Notes: generated from the sequence alone by a model not told the origin. Numbered from the stretch's first letter, positions 21,273-31,749 are shown. The stretch: 64,000 nt of DNA from Cyanobacteria bacterium P01_A01_bin.123 (GCA_039815185.1 JBCBZT010000011.1:32001-96000); one strand, 5' to 3'. Program-made: numbers and translations.

Positions 21273-23801
21273 ATGCGTGCAGTATTGATGGCCGGAGGCT
21301 CTGGAACTCGATTACGGCCACTCACCTGCGACCTGCCAAAACCGATGGTTCCTATATTGAACCGTCCTATTGCAGAACATATTGTTAATCTCCTGAAGCG
21401 TCACGATATTAAAGAAATTATTGCTACCCTGTTCTATTTGCCCGATGTCATGCGGGACTATTTTCAAGATGGCAAAGATTTTGGGGTTCAAATGACCTAT
21501 GCGGTCGAAGAAGATCAGCCCCTCGGGACAGCCGGTTGCGTCAAGAATATTTCAGAGTTACTCGACGATACATTCGTTGTCATCAGCGGCGACAGCGTCG
21601 CCGACTTTGATCTCACAGCGGCCATCAAGTTTCATAAAGAGAAAGGCTCTAAAGCAACGTTGGTGCTGGCCCACGTTCCCAATCCGATTGAGTTTGGGGT
21701 AGTGATTACCGACCAGGAAAACCGCATCAAGCGATTTTTAGAAAAACCCTCCACGAGTGAAATTTTCTCCGATACGGTGAATACAGGCACCTACATTCTC
21801 GAACCTGAGGTTTTAGAGTATTTGCCTACGGGTCAAGAGAGTGATTTTTCGAAGGATCTGTTTCCCTTACTGCTGGGAAAAGACGAACCTATGTTCGGGT
21901 ACGTCTCCGATAGCTACTGGTGTGATGTGGGCCACTTAGATGCCTATCGTGAGTCCCAGTACGATGCCCTTGAGCAAAAGGTGTTGGTAGACTACGCCTA
22001 TGAGCAGCGATCGCCGGGATTATGGATTGGCAAGAACACTTACATCGACCCTGATGCCAAGCTCAAACCCCCTGTTTTAATCGGCAACAACTGTCGGATT
22101 GGCTCCCGCGTCGTGATTGAATCCGGCACTGTGATTGGCGATAACGTCACTATCGGTAACGACGCCGACTTGAAGCGCCCAATTATTTGGAATGGGGCCA
22201 TCATCGGTGAAGAAACCCACCTGCGAGCTTGCGTCATTGCTCGAGGTACCCGCGCCGACCGCCGCGCCCATGTACTTGAAGGCGCTGTGGTGGGATCTCT
22301 ATCAACGGTGGGTGAAGAAGCCCAAATTAGCCCAGGGGTGAGGGTCTGGCCTAGCAAGAAAATTGAGTCTGGGGCAACCCTTAATATCAACCTGATTTGG
22401 GGCAATACGGCTCAGCGCAACCTGTTTGGTCAGCGCGGAGTGGCCGGGCTTGCCAACATCGACATTACGCCTGAGTTTGCGGTGAAGCTAGGTGCCGCTT
22501 ACGGTTCAACACTCAAGTCTGGGTCGAACGTGACGGTATCCCGCGACCAGCGGAGCATCTCGCGGATGGTGTCGCGCTCCCTAATTGCCGGACTTATGGG
22601 TGTTGGGGTCAATGTCCAAAACCTGGAGGCAACGGCGATTCCTGTCGCCCGCGCATTACTGCCCACCTTAGGCGTCATTGGCGGCATCCATGTCCGCCTA
22701 CATCCGGATCGCCCTGATCAGATTTTGATTGAGTTTTTCGACAAAAAGGGCATCGATATTCCCAAAGGCAAAGAAAAGAAAATCGAAGGGGCCTACTTTA
22801 AAGAAGATTTGCGCCGCGCCCAAATCCATGAAATTGGCAGCGTTTCCTACCCGACTCGGGTGGTGGATATTTATTCCAAGGCCTTTGAAGAACGACTCAA
22901 TATTGAAGCGATTCGGACTAGCAAGTCTAAGGTTGTGATCGATTACGCCTACGCAGTATCCGGGGCGGTATTGCCCCAACTGCTGACAAAATTTGGTTGC
23001 GACGCAGTGGTGCTCAACGCCAGCCTTAGTCAAAATGCCCCTTCTGCTGCTGAGCGAGAGGTGTTATTGGGCCAATTGGGTCATGTGGTGGAGGCGTTGC
23101 AGGCCAACATTGGTGTACAGGTGGCAGCCAACGGCGAGCAAATGGTGTTGGTCGATGAAGTCGGTGCGCCGATTCGGGGAGAAATGCTGACGGCATTGAT
23201 GACCCATATGATTTTGACGGCTCAACCCCGAGGGACAGTGGTCGTACCCGTCCATGCCTCAGGAGCGGTAGAGCAAATTGCCCGTCGCCACGATGGACGA
23301 GTGGTGCGAACCAAGGCCAACCCCACGGCGTTGATGGAAGCTTGCCAGGCTAGCGACAATGTCGTGCTGGGGGGAAGCGGCGAAATGGGCTTTATCTTTC
23401 CCCAATTGCACCCCGGTTTTGATGCCATGTTCTGCATTGCAAAGTTAATTGAAATGCTGACGATTCAAGAGCTATCTTTAGGGCAAGTCTGGGGTGAACT
23501 GCCGCGGATTTCCCATCGCTCTCAAACGGTGCGGTGTCCTTGGACGGTGAAGGGGGCGCTGATGCGTCATTTAGTTGAGACTCATCCGCCTGAATCCCTA
23601 GAGCTGATTGATGGGGTGAAAATTGTCGATCGCCAGCGTGACAGCTGGGTGTTGATTTTGCCCGATGCTGGAGAACCCCTAGTTCACATCTTCGCCAACA
23701 GTGAAGAGCGGGAATGGACGGATGAAAACTTGCGGCAGTATCGAGCACAGGTTCAAGATTTTATTGGCAAAGAACAGGGACTTGAAGAGGTAGTGGTATG
23801 A
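21273..23801 (+). CDS. mannose-1-phosphate guanylyltransferase fused to a phosphomannomutase-like domain
   Basis: MAGGSGTRLRPLT..PKP NTP-transferase motif, hexapeptide repeats, PGM/PMM-like C-terminus; AGGAGG RBS. Confidence 0.9.
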   Translation: MRAVLMAGGSGTRLRPLTCDLPKPMVPILNRPIAEHIVNLLKRHDIKEIIATLFYLPDVMRDYFQDGKDFGVQMTYAVEEDQPLGTAGCVKNISELLDDTFVVISGDSVADFDLTAAIKFHKEKGSKATLVLAHVPNPIEFGVVITDQENRIKRFLEKPSTSEIFSDTVNTGTYILEPEVLEYLPTGQESDFSKDLFPLLLGKDEPMFGYVSDSYWCDVGHLDAYRESQYDALEQKVLVDYAYEQRSPGLWIGKNTYIDPDAKLKPPVLIGNNCRIGSRVVIESGTVIGDNVTIGNDADLKRPIIWNGAIIGEETHLRACVIARGTRADRRAHVLEGAVVGSLSTVGEEAQISPGVRVWPSKKIESGATLNINLIWGNTAQRNLFGQRGVAGLANIDITPEFAVKLGAAYGSTLKSGSNVTVSRDQRSISRMVSRSLIAGLMGVGVNVQNLEATAIPVARALLPTLGVIGGIHVRLHPDRPDQILIEFFDKKGIDIPKGKEKKIEGAYFKEDLRRAQIHEIGSVSYPTRVVDIYSKAFEERLNIEAIRTSKSKVVIDYAYAVSGAVLPQLLTKFGCDAVVLNASLSQNAPSAAEREVLLGQLGHVVEALQANIGVQVAANGEQMVLVDEVGAPIRGEMLTALMTHMILTAQPRGTVVVPVHASGAVEQIARRHDGRVVRTKANPTALMEACQASDNVVLGGSGEMGFIFPQLHPGFDAMFCIAKLIEMLTIQELSLGQVWGELPRISHRSQTVRCPWTVKGALMRHLVETHPPESLELIDGVKIVDRQRDSWVLILPDAGEPLVHIFANSEEREWTDENLRQYRAQVQDFIGKEQGLEEVVV

Positions 23802-24298
23802 ACAACTGCATCTTAATGGCTGAAATCATTCAATCGCCCCAATTGCGATATACCTCCGACAATCAAACAGCGCTGTCGGAGTTCACGGTACAGTTTCCTG
23901 CGACTAGGGCGACTGATCCGCCATCTCAGATGAAGGTGGTGGGTTGGGGTAATTTGGCCCAAGAGATTCAGGAGCGCTACAAAGAGGGCGATCGCGTGTT
24001 GTTGATTGGCCGCATTAATATCAACACGATTGATCGGCCTGAGGGGTTCAAAGAAAAGCGGGCAGAAATGACCGCTCAGCGTATCCAAGCCCTGGATGCA
24101 GCCAGTTTGAATGAGGCATTTACAGCTTCACCAGAGACCCCTATGGCGCCTCCGATGTCGGCGTCGGCTCCAGCAGCGGCAGCCTCAGCACCCCCCAGCC
24201 GCCCAACACCGTCGCCTACGGCCCCCGTTACGCCTACAACACCGGTTACTCCTGCGGCCCCGGCTGAAGAACCCGATTATGATGATATTCCGTTCTAA
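23798..24298 (+). CDS. single-stranded DNA-binding protein-like
   Basis: OB-fold N-terminus (PQLRYT), Pro/Ala linker, acidic DDIPF tail. Confidence 0.85.
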   Translation: MNNCILMAEIIQSPQLRYTSDNQTALSEFTVQFPATRATDPPSQMKVVGWGNLAQEIQERYKEGDRVLLIGRININTIDRPEGFKEKRAEMTAQRIQALDAASLNEAFTASPETPMAPPMSASAPAAAASAPPSRPTPSPTAPVTPTTPVTPAAPAEEPDYDDIPF

Positions 24299-24335
24299 GG
24301 CCCAGTTCAGGATCAGGCCTAATGGTTTCGATGGG

Positions 24336-24439
24336 AAATCTTCTGTAACCGATGGGTCGGTTACAGAAGATTTGTTTGAATTCGACAGGGCAGAATCGAG
24401 CTAAATGCGACTGCTTGCTAATCATTCGCATTTAGCTCG
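24336..24439. terminator. two hairpins between convergent genes
   Basis: AAATCTTCTGTAACCGA-TGGG-TCGGTTACAGAAGATTT and CGAGCTAAATGCGA...TCGCATTTAGCTCG. Confidence 0.65.
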
Positions 24440-24463
24440 TTGATTGAGTCGGCAAAGTGTCCA

Positions 24464-26737
24464 TTATCCTGGGGTGACCGAAACTGCCTTGACCCCCACA
24501 TCACGCGTCAGGACACGAGGCTTCATCAAGATACGCAGCAGCAGCCAAAGGGATTTGAGTTCTCCAGGGGAGTTCCAGCGCTTCCATTGACCGGGGCGGC
24601 AAAATAGCAGTTCGACTAGCTTGCGTCGCTGATCTAAAGTGACGTTAACAAACTGGACACGTACGGCGGTAAAGTCGTCCAGGCAGCGGGTGGCAAGCAC
24701 TTCTGCTTCTAAGATCAGAGCTTCATCGGCAATTTCTAGCTCAACTGGGATCATCTGATCTGCGGTAAGCCGGGGAAAGCCCCGATGATTCAGCGTAATT
24801 TCTGCCCCCACTTCAGACATCATTGTGGTGACACCCCACCAACTGCGATCGCCTAAATTTTCATCCCCCTGAATCTTCAGTCGTGCTACCCGTCTCAAGT
24901 CAAACCAAGGGTTGATATCTGGGAGCGGCACATCCAGCAAAATCAGCAGGGCAATGCCAATCATCACCAAGTTATAGGCGCTCCAAATCCACCCCAACCC
25001 TAACCCCTTGAGTTCTTCAGATGACCAACCAGCGGCCAGACATTGTCCCAAGTTGTGCCAAAGACTGTAGGCTGTCACGATAAATAGCAAAACCAGGGGC
25101 CAAGCTAGCTTCCAATTAAAGTTAAAGCGATCTTGGGTAGTACCCTTGGGTGTGACCTTAAAGCCCTTCGAAAAAGGATTGAGCATGGCCTGAATGACCG
25201 TAGCTGCCAGCGGAAACACCAACACTAGAGAATAAATATCAGACAGCAGCGCCGAACGAGAACGGTTATTTAACCAGGCAAATACGGTTAACTGCACCAA
25301 GTAATAGGGCAGGAAGAAAAACAGCACTTCCTCACTGTTGGCTCGAATCGGAATGATGGTCAGGAATGAATAGGTCAGGGGCATCAACAAAAAATAGATG
25401 CGCGGAATGCTGCTAAACCAGTGGAGTAGCCCTTCCAAATGGCCCAAGCGCTGCACCCAGGTTAGCCCCCGAATGGTGAGGGGATTAGACTCAATAAAGA
25501 AGGCTTGTAGGGTACCTCTGGCCCAGCGGAGTCGCTGAGTTGCATGGGCTGAGATGGATTCTGCAGCCAGACCTGCACTGAGTTTTTCATCGATGTAGAC
25601 CACCTGGTGGCCGCGGGCGGCAAGCTGCACAGACGTGAAATAGTCTTCACTTAAGGAATCGGTGACAAATCCACCTGTATCTTCCAAGGCAGTGCGGCGT
25701 AGTACAAACGAGGTACCTGAGCAGACCACACTCCCTGACCCATCGCGCATGGGCTGAATCTGACGATAGAACACCTCTTCTTCAGGGGTAAGGATTTCTT
25801 CGAGTCCCAGGTTGCGCGCAATAGGGTCAGAGTTATAGAAGGTTTGGGGGGTCTGCACCAGACCGACGGCTGGATCTTGAAAGAAGCCCACGGTGCGACG
25901 CAAAAAGTTGCGGGTGGGGACAAAATCGGCATCAAAGGAGGCAATTAGCTCACCTTGGGTATGGGCGATCGCGTGGTTGAGATTTCCGGCTTTGGCATGA
26001 CTGTTGTCAAGGCGCGTCATGTAGTGGCATCCCAGTGCTTCAGCCATGGCCCGAATCTCGGGGCGGCGGGTGTCATCTAACAGGTAGACCTGCTTATTGG
26101 GATAATCGAGTGCCTGACAACCAATCACGGTGCGCCGCAGAATAAACTCTGGCTCATCGTAGGTGGGAATGAACACATCCACCGACGGTAGATAGGCGCC
26201 ATCATCTACCATAGCTTGCAGTTGATCGGCTTGACGCTTGCGATCGCGCACCCGCAGCAGCAAAAACAGCTGAATGATACTGCCCACCAGGCCAATTATT
26301 TCCATGATGAACAGCCCCAGGCTAAACACCCCATCCAGTGGCGTATCTAGGTTCAGCGTTGAAAGCGATCGCCAGAATAAATAGCGTCCCACTAAAACGA
26401 GCAAGATGCTGATCACTAACCATCGTGACCAAGGCCGCGGTTCGGGAGACACCCGCGTAATCACAAGGGCGACTAGCAAAAGTGCAACCGTTGGTGCCGC
26501 CAAATATTGGCCCGTAACCATAGGCACTTCGGCCCACATGGGCGGATTTTGCTGGAGTGCATTAAGCTGTTCAAAAATATCGCTGATTAGCTCAACGCCA
26601 GTAAACCAAGCCACTGCGACTGCCGCACAAACTAGCACGATAGCGATCATCGTCAACGTTGCCCAGCGCACCCGGAGATCTGAGCGGATGGTGGCTGAGG
26701 CAGTTTGGATGGGATGAACTCTTTGCATGAATGACAT
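24464..26737 (-). CDS. cellulose synthase-like GT2 glycosyltransferase (BcsA-like)
   Basis: DD, HAKAGN, FDAD, QTPQ, SED, QRLRW motifs; multiple TMs. Confidence 0.88.
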   Translation of the reverse strand: MSFMQRVHPIQTASATIRSDLRVRWATLTMIAIVLVCAAVAVAWFTGVELISDIFEQLNALQQNPPMWAEVPMVTGQYLAAPTVALLLVALVITRVSPEPRPWSRWLVISILLVLVGRYLFWRSLSTLNLDTPLDGVFSLGLFIMEIIGLVGSIIQLFLLLRVRDRKRQADQLQAMVDDGAYLPSVDVFIPTYDEPEFILRRTVIGCQALDYPNKQVYLLDDTRRPEIRAMAEALGCHYMTRLDNSHAKAGNLNHAIAHTQGELIASFDADFVPTRNFLRRTVGFFQDPAVGLVQTPQTFYNSDPIARNLGLEEILTPEEEVFYRQIQPMRDGSGSVVCSGTSFVLRRTALEDTGGFVTDSLSEDYFTSVQLAARGHQVVYIDEKLSAGLAAESISAHATQRLRWARGTLQAFFIESNPLTIRGLTWVQRLGHLEGLLHWFSSIPRIYFLLMPLTYSFLTIIPIRANSEEVLFFFLPYYLVQLTVFAWLNNRSRSALLSDIYSLVLVFPLAATVIQAMLNPFSKGFKVTPKGTTQDRFNFNWKLAWPLVLLFIVTAYSLWHNLGQCLAAGWSSEELKGLGLGWIWSAYNLVMIGIALLILLDVPLPDINPWFDLRRVARLKIQGDENLGDRSWWGVTTMMSEVGAEITLNHRGFPRLTADQMIPVELEIADEALILEAEVLATRCLDDFTAVRVQFVNVTLDQRRKLVELLFCRPGQWKRWNSPGELKSLWLLLRILMKPRVLTRDVGVKAVSVTPG

Positions 26738-27282
26738 AGACTCCTAGCACATTGCTGCTCGAACACAACCAATCAACAAAGCGAATCCAAAGGATACACT
26801 CAAACAACTATTAAGGTTTGCGGATAAGGTTTTGCGGATGGCCCCAAGTAGCGAGATACCGCTGCAACCGCGCAAGGCACTGTAATGGCCGCTACAAGTG
26901 CCTTCAACCTAGGCGATAACTATTCCCTATGCTGCCTTAAAGACAACAATTTCCACGGGGCAATAACCGAGTTAAACCGCTGAGCCAAACAATTTTATGT
27001 AGGAAGATTGATTTGAGCAATTATATGCAAAAACATTAGAGGACTTAATCAGTACAGCTAAAGTCACGAATTGGATTTATTGACCCACAGCACGCGACGC
27101 CTCCCATGACCTTAGCAAGCACGCCAAGCCCATACTGACGGCGTTGTGCCCAGCTGGCTTGAAGGACAACTGAGAATTAGCTGAATCAGGTTGCAGAATA
27201 TTTTATTTCCCTATCAGCTCGGCTGACCCAGTGCCGCTTAAACTAGGTATCAAATTCTGCTGTCTCCGGAATAGGTTCTGCG

Positions 27283-28032
27283 ATGAATACGGTTGATGTC
27301 TTGAGGTTGCTCCATCCTGCGATCGCGGTTGCGGTTGTTTTTCCATTAATTGGTATCGTGACTTACTTTTCTTTGCAAACTCGTCAGCGACGGCTAAAAG
27401 CCGCTGCTAAAGAGAAGACAAAAATTGCCCCGACCGTTGGGTTAGAGCATGTCCAGGTAGGCCGATGGCTAGCGGGTTCTGTCGTCGGAATTGCCCTGTT
27501 GGGCTTAGTTCACCCGATCTCTAAGACCCTGATCGCTAAAAATGCCTGGGCTGAAGATCGCTTTCAGGTCATTTTTATCGTGTTGATGTTTGTCGCGACC
27601 ATTGCCTCTCTTGTCCTGCTATATCGGGCAAAGAAACCGCTATGGCGTGGCATCTTTGCCTGGTTAAGTAGCATGGGCCTAATCATTCTGGGGTGCCAGG
27701 AAGGCGTCTTCCGGCGCGGCTATGAGTGGTTTGTGTCGCACTATTACTACGGCATGATCGCTGCCGTTTTGATGGTGATTTCGGTGGCGGTTTTGCCTGA
27801 AATCTACAAATCAAAACCCTGGCGACGGGCCCACGTTTTCCTCAACTGCGTTGCCCTACTGTTTTTCTTAGGCCAAGGCATCACGGGTACCCGCGATCTG
27901 CTCGAAATCCCCTTGGTATGGCAAGAACCCGCCGTCTACCAGTGTGATTTTGTTAACCTAGTTTGTCCCCAAGCGGAACAAAGCCATGAGTTACAGGAAG
28001 GTCTGCAAGTGGGATTGAAGTTAGGGGACTAA
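27283..28032 (+). CDS. DUF4079-like membrane protein
   Basis: LLHP start, TM His residues, GQGITG near the C-terminus. Confidence 0.7.
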   Translation: MNTVDVLRLLHPAIAVAVVFPLIGIVTYFSLQTRQRRLKAAAKEKTKIAPTVGLEHVQVGRWLAGSVVGIALLGLVHPISKTLIAKNAWAEDRFQVIFIVLMFVATIASLVLLYRAKKPLWRGIFAWLSSMGLIILGCQEGVFRRGYEWFVSHYYYGMIAAVLMVISVAVLPEIYKSKPWRRAHVFLNCVALLFFLGQGITGTRDLLEIPLVWQEPAVYQCDFVNLVCPQAEQSHELQEGLQVGLKLGD

Positions 28033-28727
28033 GCGATCGCAGCCAATTGAGTCACCAAGCTTTTGAACAGCGCTAAGCCATCTGTGCTACCCAGCAGTAC
28101 ATCGGACGCCCGCTCAGGGTGGGGCATCATGCCCAACACATTACCTTGGCAGTTACAGATGCCTGCAACATTGTTCAGCGACCCATTGGGGTTGCTGGAT
28201 TCAGTCGCTGTTCCTGTCGCGTCACAATAGCGAAATACAACCTGATTGCTATCTTCTAGGGCTTTCAGCGTGTCGCCATCGGCGTAATAGCAGCCTTCCC
28301 CATGGGCGATGGGGAGGGTAATCACCTGCTGGGCTTTGTAGTGGTGAGTCCAAGGTAAGGTGGTGCGCTCAACGGTCATCGAGACGCGATCGCAGATGAA
28401 GTGTAAATCTCGATTGCGGACCAGTGCTCCCGGCAACAACCCCGCTTCGGTCAACACCTGAAAGCCGTTACAAACCCCCAGCAACAATTTGCCTTGGTTG
28501 GCATGGTCAATGGCCGAGCGCATGGCGGCAGAAAATCGCGCGATCGCCCCGCAGCGGAGATAATCGCCATAGCTAAACCCGCCCGGTATGACCACTACAT
28601 CAATATCCGACAAGTCGCTATCTTCATGCCACACCATCCGTGTCGGCATTTTTAGAATGTCGCGGGTGACATAGGCCACATCGCGATCGCAGTTTGAACC
28701 TGGAAATACAAGAACACCAAATTTCAT
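28029..28727 (-). CDS. purQ: FGAM synthase subunit PurQ
   Basis: FPGSNCD, PGGFSYGDYLR, GVCNGFQ, MMPHPER. Confidence 0.97.
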   Translation of the reverse strand: MKFGVLVFPGSNCDRDVAYVTRDILKMPTRMVWHEDSDLSDIDVVVIPGGFSYGDYLRCGAIARFSAAMRSAIDHANQGKLLLGVCNGFQVLTEAGLLPGALVRNRDLHFICDRVSMTVERTTLPWTHHYKAQQVITLPIAHGEGCYYADGDTLKALEDSNQVVFRYCDATGTATESSNPNGSLNNVAGICNCQGNVLGMMPHPERASDVLLGSTDGLALFKSLVTQLAAIA

Positions 28728-28728
28728 A

Positions 28729-28998
28729 TCAAGCGACTACCCCCACGGGCTCCAAATCGAAGCGATATTTCTCAATGACTGGATTTGCCAAAAGCTGATC
28801 ACAGAGGCGATCGAGTTGTTGTTTGGCCGCGTCTTCACTGTCAGCGGTGAGGGTGACCTCAACGTACTTACCGATACGTAGGCGCTCGACGTTGTCGTAC
28901 CCCAGGTGCTGAAGACTAGATTGTACTGCCGTTCCCGCCGGATCGAGCACGGAAGGCCGGAGGGTGACATAAATCTGAGCCTGATACGTTTGCGCCAT
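28729..28998 (-). CDS. purS: FGAM synthase subunit PurS
   Basis: VLDPAG, RIGK, LLANPVIE; adjacent to purQ. Confidence 0.95.
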   Translation of the reverse strand: MAQTYQAQIYVTLRPSVLDPAGTAVQSSLQHLGYDNVERLRIGKYVEVTLTADSEDAAKQQLDRLCDQLLANPVIEKYRFDLEPVGVVA

Positions 28999-29231
28999 AC
29001 TAAAGCTGCCACTCTACAAAACCATTAAACCCCTAGCTCGCCTAAAGCTCCACCCCCCCATTGCTGATCCCAAATCTTAGAAGTTTGGCTATAGAGCTAT
29101 AGATTGTAAGGATCCCCCGCTGTCGCTGCCCCTTTGCAAAGGGGGCTATCCCAATGGGGATAGGACTTGCTTCCCTCCACCCTCCCCCTCGATCTCACTC
29201 TGTGCCAGGCTATTCTGGCAGAATAAAGAAA

Positions 29232-29651
29232 ATGCCTATCTATCTGCAAATGCCCACCAAACGAACCCGTAGCCAAAACCAGGTGTTTATAGCGCTGCAA
29301 AGCTTGAATCAAGCGATCTCGGCACAAGATCTCCACATGGAGTTGAGGAAGCATCACCGAATTGGCTTGGCGACGGTGTATCGGTCTTTGGATGTTCTTA
29401 AGTTGGAGGGGGTTGTGCAAGTCCGCACATTGCCCAGTGGGGAATCGCTCTACAGCTTGGTTAAAGAAGATCGGCACCACCTGACTTGTTTGCAGTGTGG
29501 CAATTCGATCGCGATCGCGGAGTGCCCCGTCCACGATTTAGAGCATCATCTCAATCAATCGCATCAATTCAAAATCTTTTATCACACCCTTGAATTCTTT
29601 GGCCTTTGCCCCCAGTGTCAAGAAAAAAGTGCGCTAGAACCGACCGCTTGA
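29232..29651 (+). CDS. zur: Fur-family regulator, Zur/FurB-like (start 29232 or 29250)
   Basis: GLATVYRSL, HHLTCLQC, CPQC. Confidence 0.8.
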   Translation: MPIYLQMPTKRTRSQNQVFIALQSLNQAISAQDLHMELRKHHRIGLATVYRSLDVLKLEGVVQVRTLPSGESLYSLVKEDRHHLTCLQCGNSIAIAECPVHDLEHHLNQSHQFKIFYHTLEFFGLCPQCQEKSALEPTA

Positions 29652-29654
29652 TTA

Positions 29655-29759
29655 TATAGCGCTGGCCAGATTGCTTGATGCACCTAGTGTCGCTGGGATG
29701 CTCAACACACAGGCAAATTGGCTCACCGTAGCACACAAAGCTTTGTGACTACGGCTATA
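29655..29759. mobile_element. 105-bp MITE/REP-like repeat, copy C
   Basis: TATAGCGCTGGCC...GACTACGGCTATA termini; begins 3 bp after the zur stop. Confidence 0.88.
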
Positions 29760-29814
29760 GAATCTTGCGGCGTTCAGCTTCTGTCTCGAAAGCTTCTTGG
29801 TGAAAAGTCTCACG

Positions 29815-29845
29815 CTCCAAAATCGTAAATCCAAAATCCAAAATT
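29815..29845. repeat. heptamer tandem repeat (STRR-like)
   Basis: CCAAAAT CGTAAAT CCAAAAT CCAAAAT. Confidence 0.6.
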
Positions 29846-29857
29846 TGCAGCAGCAGT

Positions 29858-30004
29858 GAGCCGGAAAACTCTTCGGAAACCCTACCAAGCTATCCGGCTC
29901 TGGTTTATTTTCGGAGGTCGTTGCCTTCCTCGCCGGAACAGATTGGACTCCCCAGTGTACGCTCGACCGAATCCCTCCGAGCAATTCTGGCAAGTTGGGA
30001 GTAC
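29858..30004 (-). ncRNA. structured region resembling the 3' flank (spacer) of a cyanobacterial DGR template repeat
   Basis: Minus-strand stems GAGCCGGA/TCCGGCTC (enclosing GGTAG...CCGAAG), GCTCG/CGAGC, ACTCCC/GGGAGT; resemblance to DGR spacers is from recall, not a search. Confidence 0.45.
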
Positions 30005-31585
30005 TCACGCCAAACCGCAAACCACCCGAAAACCAACATCGTCGCAGCAATCGCCGGGATCGTTGTAGTAGCGAAAAGCAGACCGACAACCCGCCGGATT
30101 GAAGAGCCACGAACCACCGCGCAGCACACGAAGTTCACTATTTCCGCCCCTAATCCAGGCACTGCTATCACGGGGCGCACCCTGGTAATTTTCATGCCAA
30201 TGATCGGCACACCATTCCCAAACGTTGCCATGCATGTCGTGTAAGCCGAAGTCATTGGGCGAGAAACTGCCGACCTTGATCGTTTCTTCTCGATATCTAC
30301 CCTTAGCCCCAGCACCGTAGATGTAATTTCCGTGGTAGTTGGCTTGCTCGGGGGTGATCGTCTCGCCAACGTAAAACGGCGTTGTCGTGCCAGCCCGACA
30401 GACATATTCCCATTCGGCTTCGCTGGGCAGTCGATAGCGCTTATTGGTTTTGTGCGACAGGCGATCGCAAAACTCAACCGCATCATGCCAAGAAACCTGC
30501 TCAACGGGGCGATGATTTCCTTTAAAGTGAGACGGATCTGGATCCAGATCCGTCTCGATTTTGGACAGTTTTGTGGCCACACTCCACCATTGCGCTTGGG
30601 TGACCGCAAACTTCCCCATGAAAAAAGACTGAATTTCTACCCGATGCTGGGGGCCTTCGCGATCCTCGCGTTCAACCTCTTTGGCAGGGGAGCCCATGAT
30701 GAACAGATCACCGGGAATAGCCACCATGTCGAGTGTTCGGCCACTGCCTAAATCCTCCTGAAAATTCTGGTGATGGCTGGGCGGCTGCGTGGGCACAGAC
30801 CGTTTCACCGATGCGGGCTGTTTCAATGGGGGTGCCGATGGCGACAACACCTGCACCTTAGACAAGATCTCAAAGGCAAACGCACTGGCATGACGAGCCG
30901 CAATTTCTTGAGAGCCCTGTTGATCAGACGCTGTTTTGTGGTCAATCAGGTCAGAAATACCCCGAATCACCAACGCAGCCACCTGCTGATTCGCATGGAC
31001 AGCATCCAGAAAGCCAAAGCCTTCCATTTCAACCGCCAGGGCATCGCCATAGTACGATCGCAAAAACTGGAAGACCTCAGATTTTGTTGACGCCACCACT
31101 TTTTCGCCTGCCGCGATCGGCCCGACAAATGCTCTTGGTTGAGCAGACGGTTGAGACGTTAATCTCCTCAACCAATCCGATTTCCTGGCTTCGGCTTTAG
31201 CGCGTTGTTCCAGACGATAGGCACTAAGCCCCAGGGTAGGTCTAGGTCTGAATGTCTCCCCCGCTTTCCCCGATTCATAGCCATAAATTTTGGTGGAAGC
31301 GACCACATCCCCCAGCCGCACATCCTTAATGCCGCCAGCCACCCCGACGAAGAGAATAACATCGGGCTTGAAATGAGCGATTGCCCTTTCGGCTTCGGCT
31401 GCTGCCCCCGCATTGCCCGCTCCCACTTCAGCAATGCCCACATTCCAGGTCTGTCCATTGGCAGCAAACGTTCCCCGCTCGTAAATGGTTCCCTGGGGAT
31501 GGGTCTCTTCCTGGAGTGCATCCAGATGTATCCGCACGGCCAAGTATTCAACCTGTAGGGCAGTCAAGATTACGGCACGCGGCAT
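30005..31585 (-). CDS. PNP/MTA-SAH nucleosidase domain + FGE-sulfatase (SUMF1/CLec) domain protein; candidate DGR target
   Basis: N-term ILTAL..EY, VGVAGG, VEMEG, IRGISD; C-term [28 protein letters not shown]...RSA.R...GFRVV. Confidence 0.9.
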   Translation of the reverse strand: MPRAVILTALQVEYLAVRIHLDALQEETHPQGTIYERGTFAANGQTWNVGIAEVGAGNAGAAAEAERAIAHFKPDVILFVGVAGGIKDVRLGDVVASTKIYGYESGKAGETFRPRPTLGLSAYRLEQRAKAEARKSDWLRRLTSQPSAQPRAFVGPIAAGEKVVASTKSEVFQFLRSYYGDALAVEMEGFGFLDAVHANQQVAALVIRGISDLIDHKTASDQQGSQEIAARHASAFAFEILSKVQVLSPSAPPLKQPASVKRSVPTQPPSHHQNFQEDLGSGRTLDMVAIPGDLFIMGSPAKEVEREDREGPQHRVEIQSFFMGKFAVTQAQWWSVATKLSKIETDLDPDPSHFKGNHRPVEQVSWHDAVEFCDRLSHKTNKRYRLPSEAEWEYVCRAGTTTPFYVGETITPEQANYHGNYIYGAGAKGRYREETIKVGSFSPNDFGLHDMHGNVWEWCADHWHENYQGAPRDSSAWIRGGNSELRVLRGGSWLFNPAGCRSAFRYYNDPGDCCDDVGFRVVCGLA

Positions 31586-31749
31586 GGGCTAATCTTCGAG
31601 CAGTGTAAATATCCACTATTGTGGCGATTCAAGGCCGATTTGCCCAGCATCTAGAGAACCGTCATAGCTTGCAGAAATTGGTTTGTCGCTCAGTTACCCC
31701 GCCACTCAGCCACAATGAAAATAGGTTCTCTAAATGTCTAGCCCTAATC

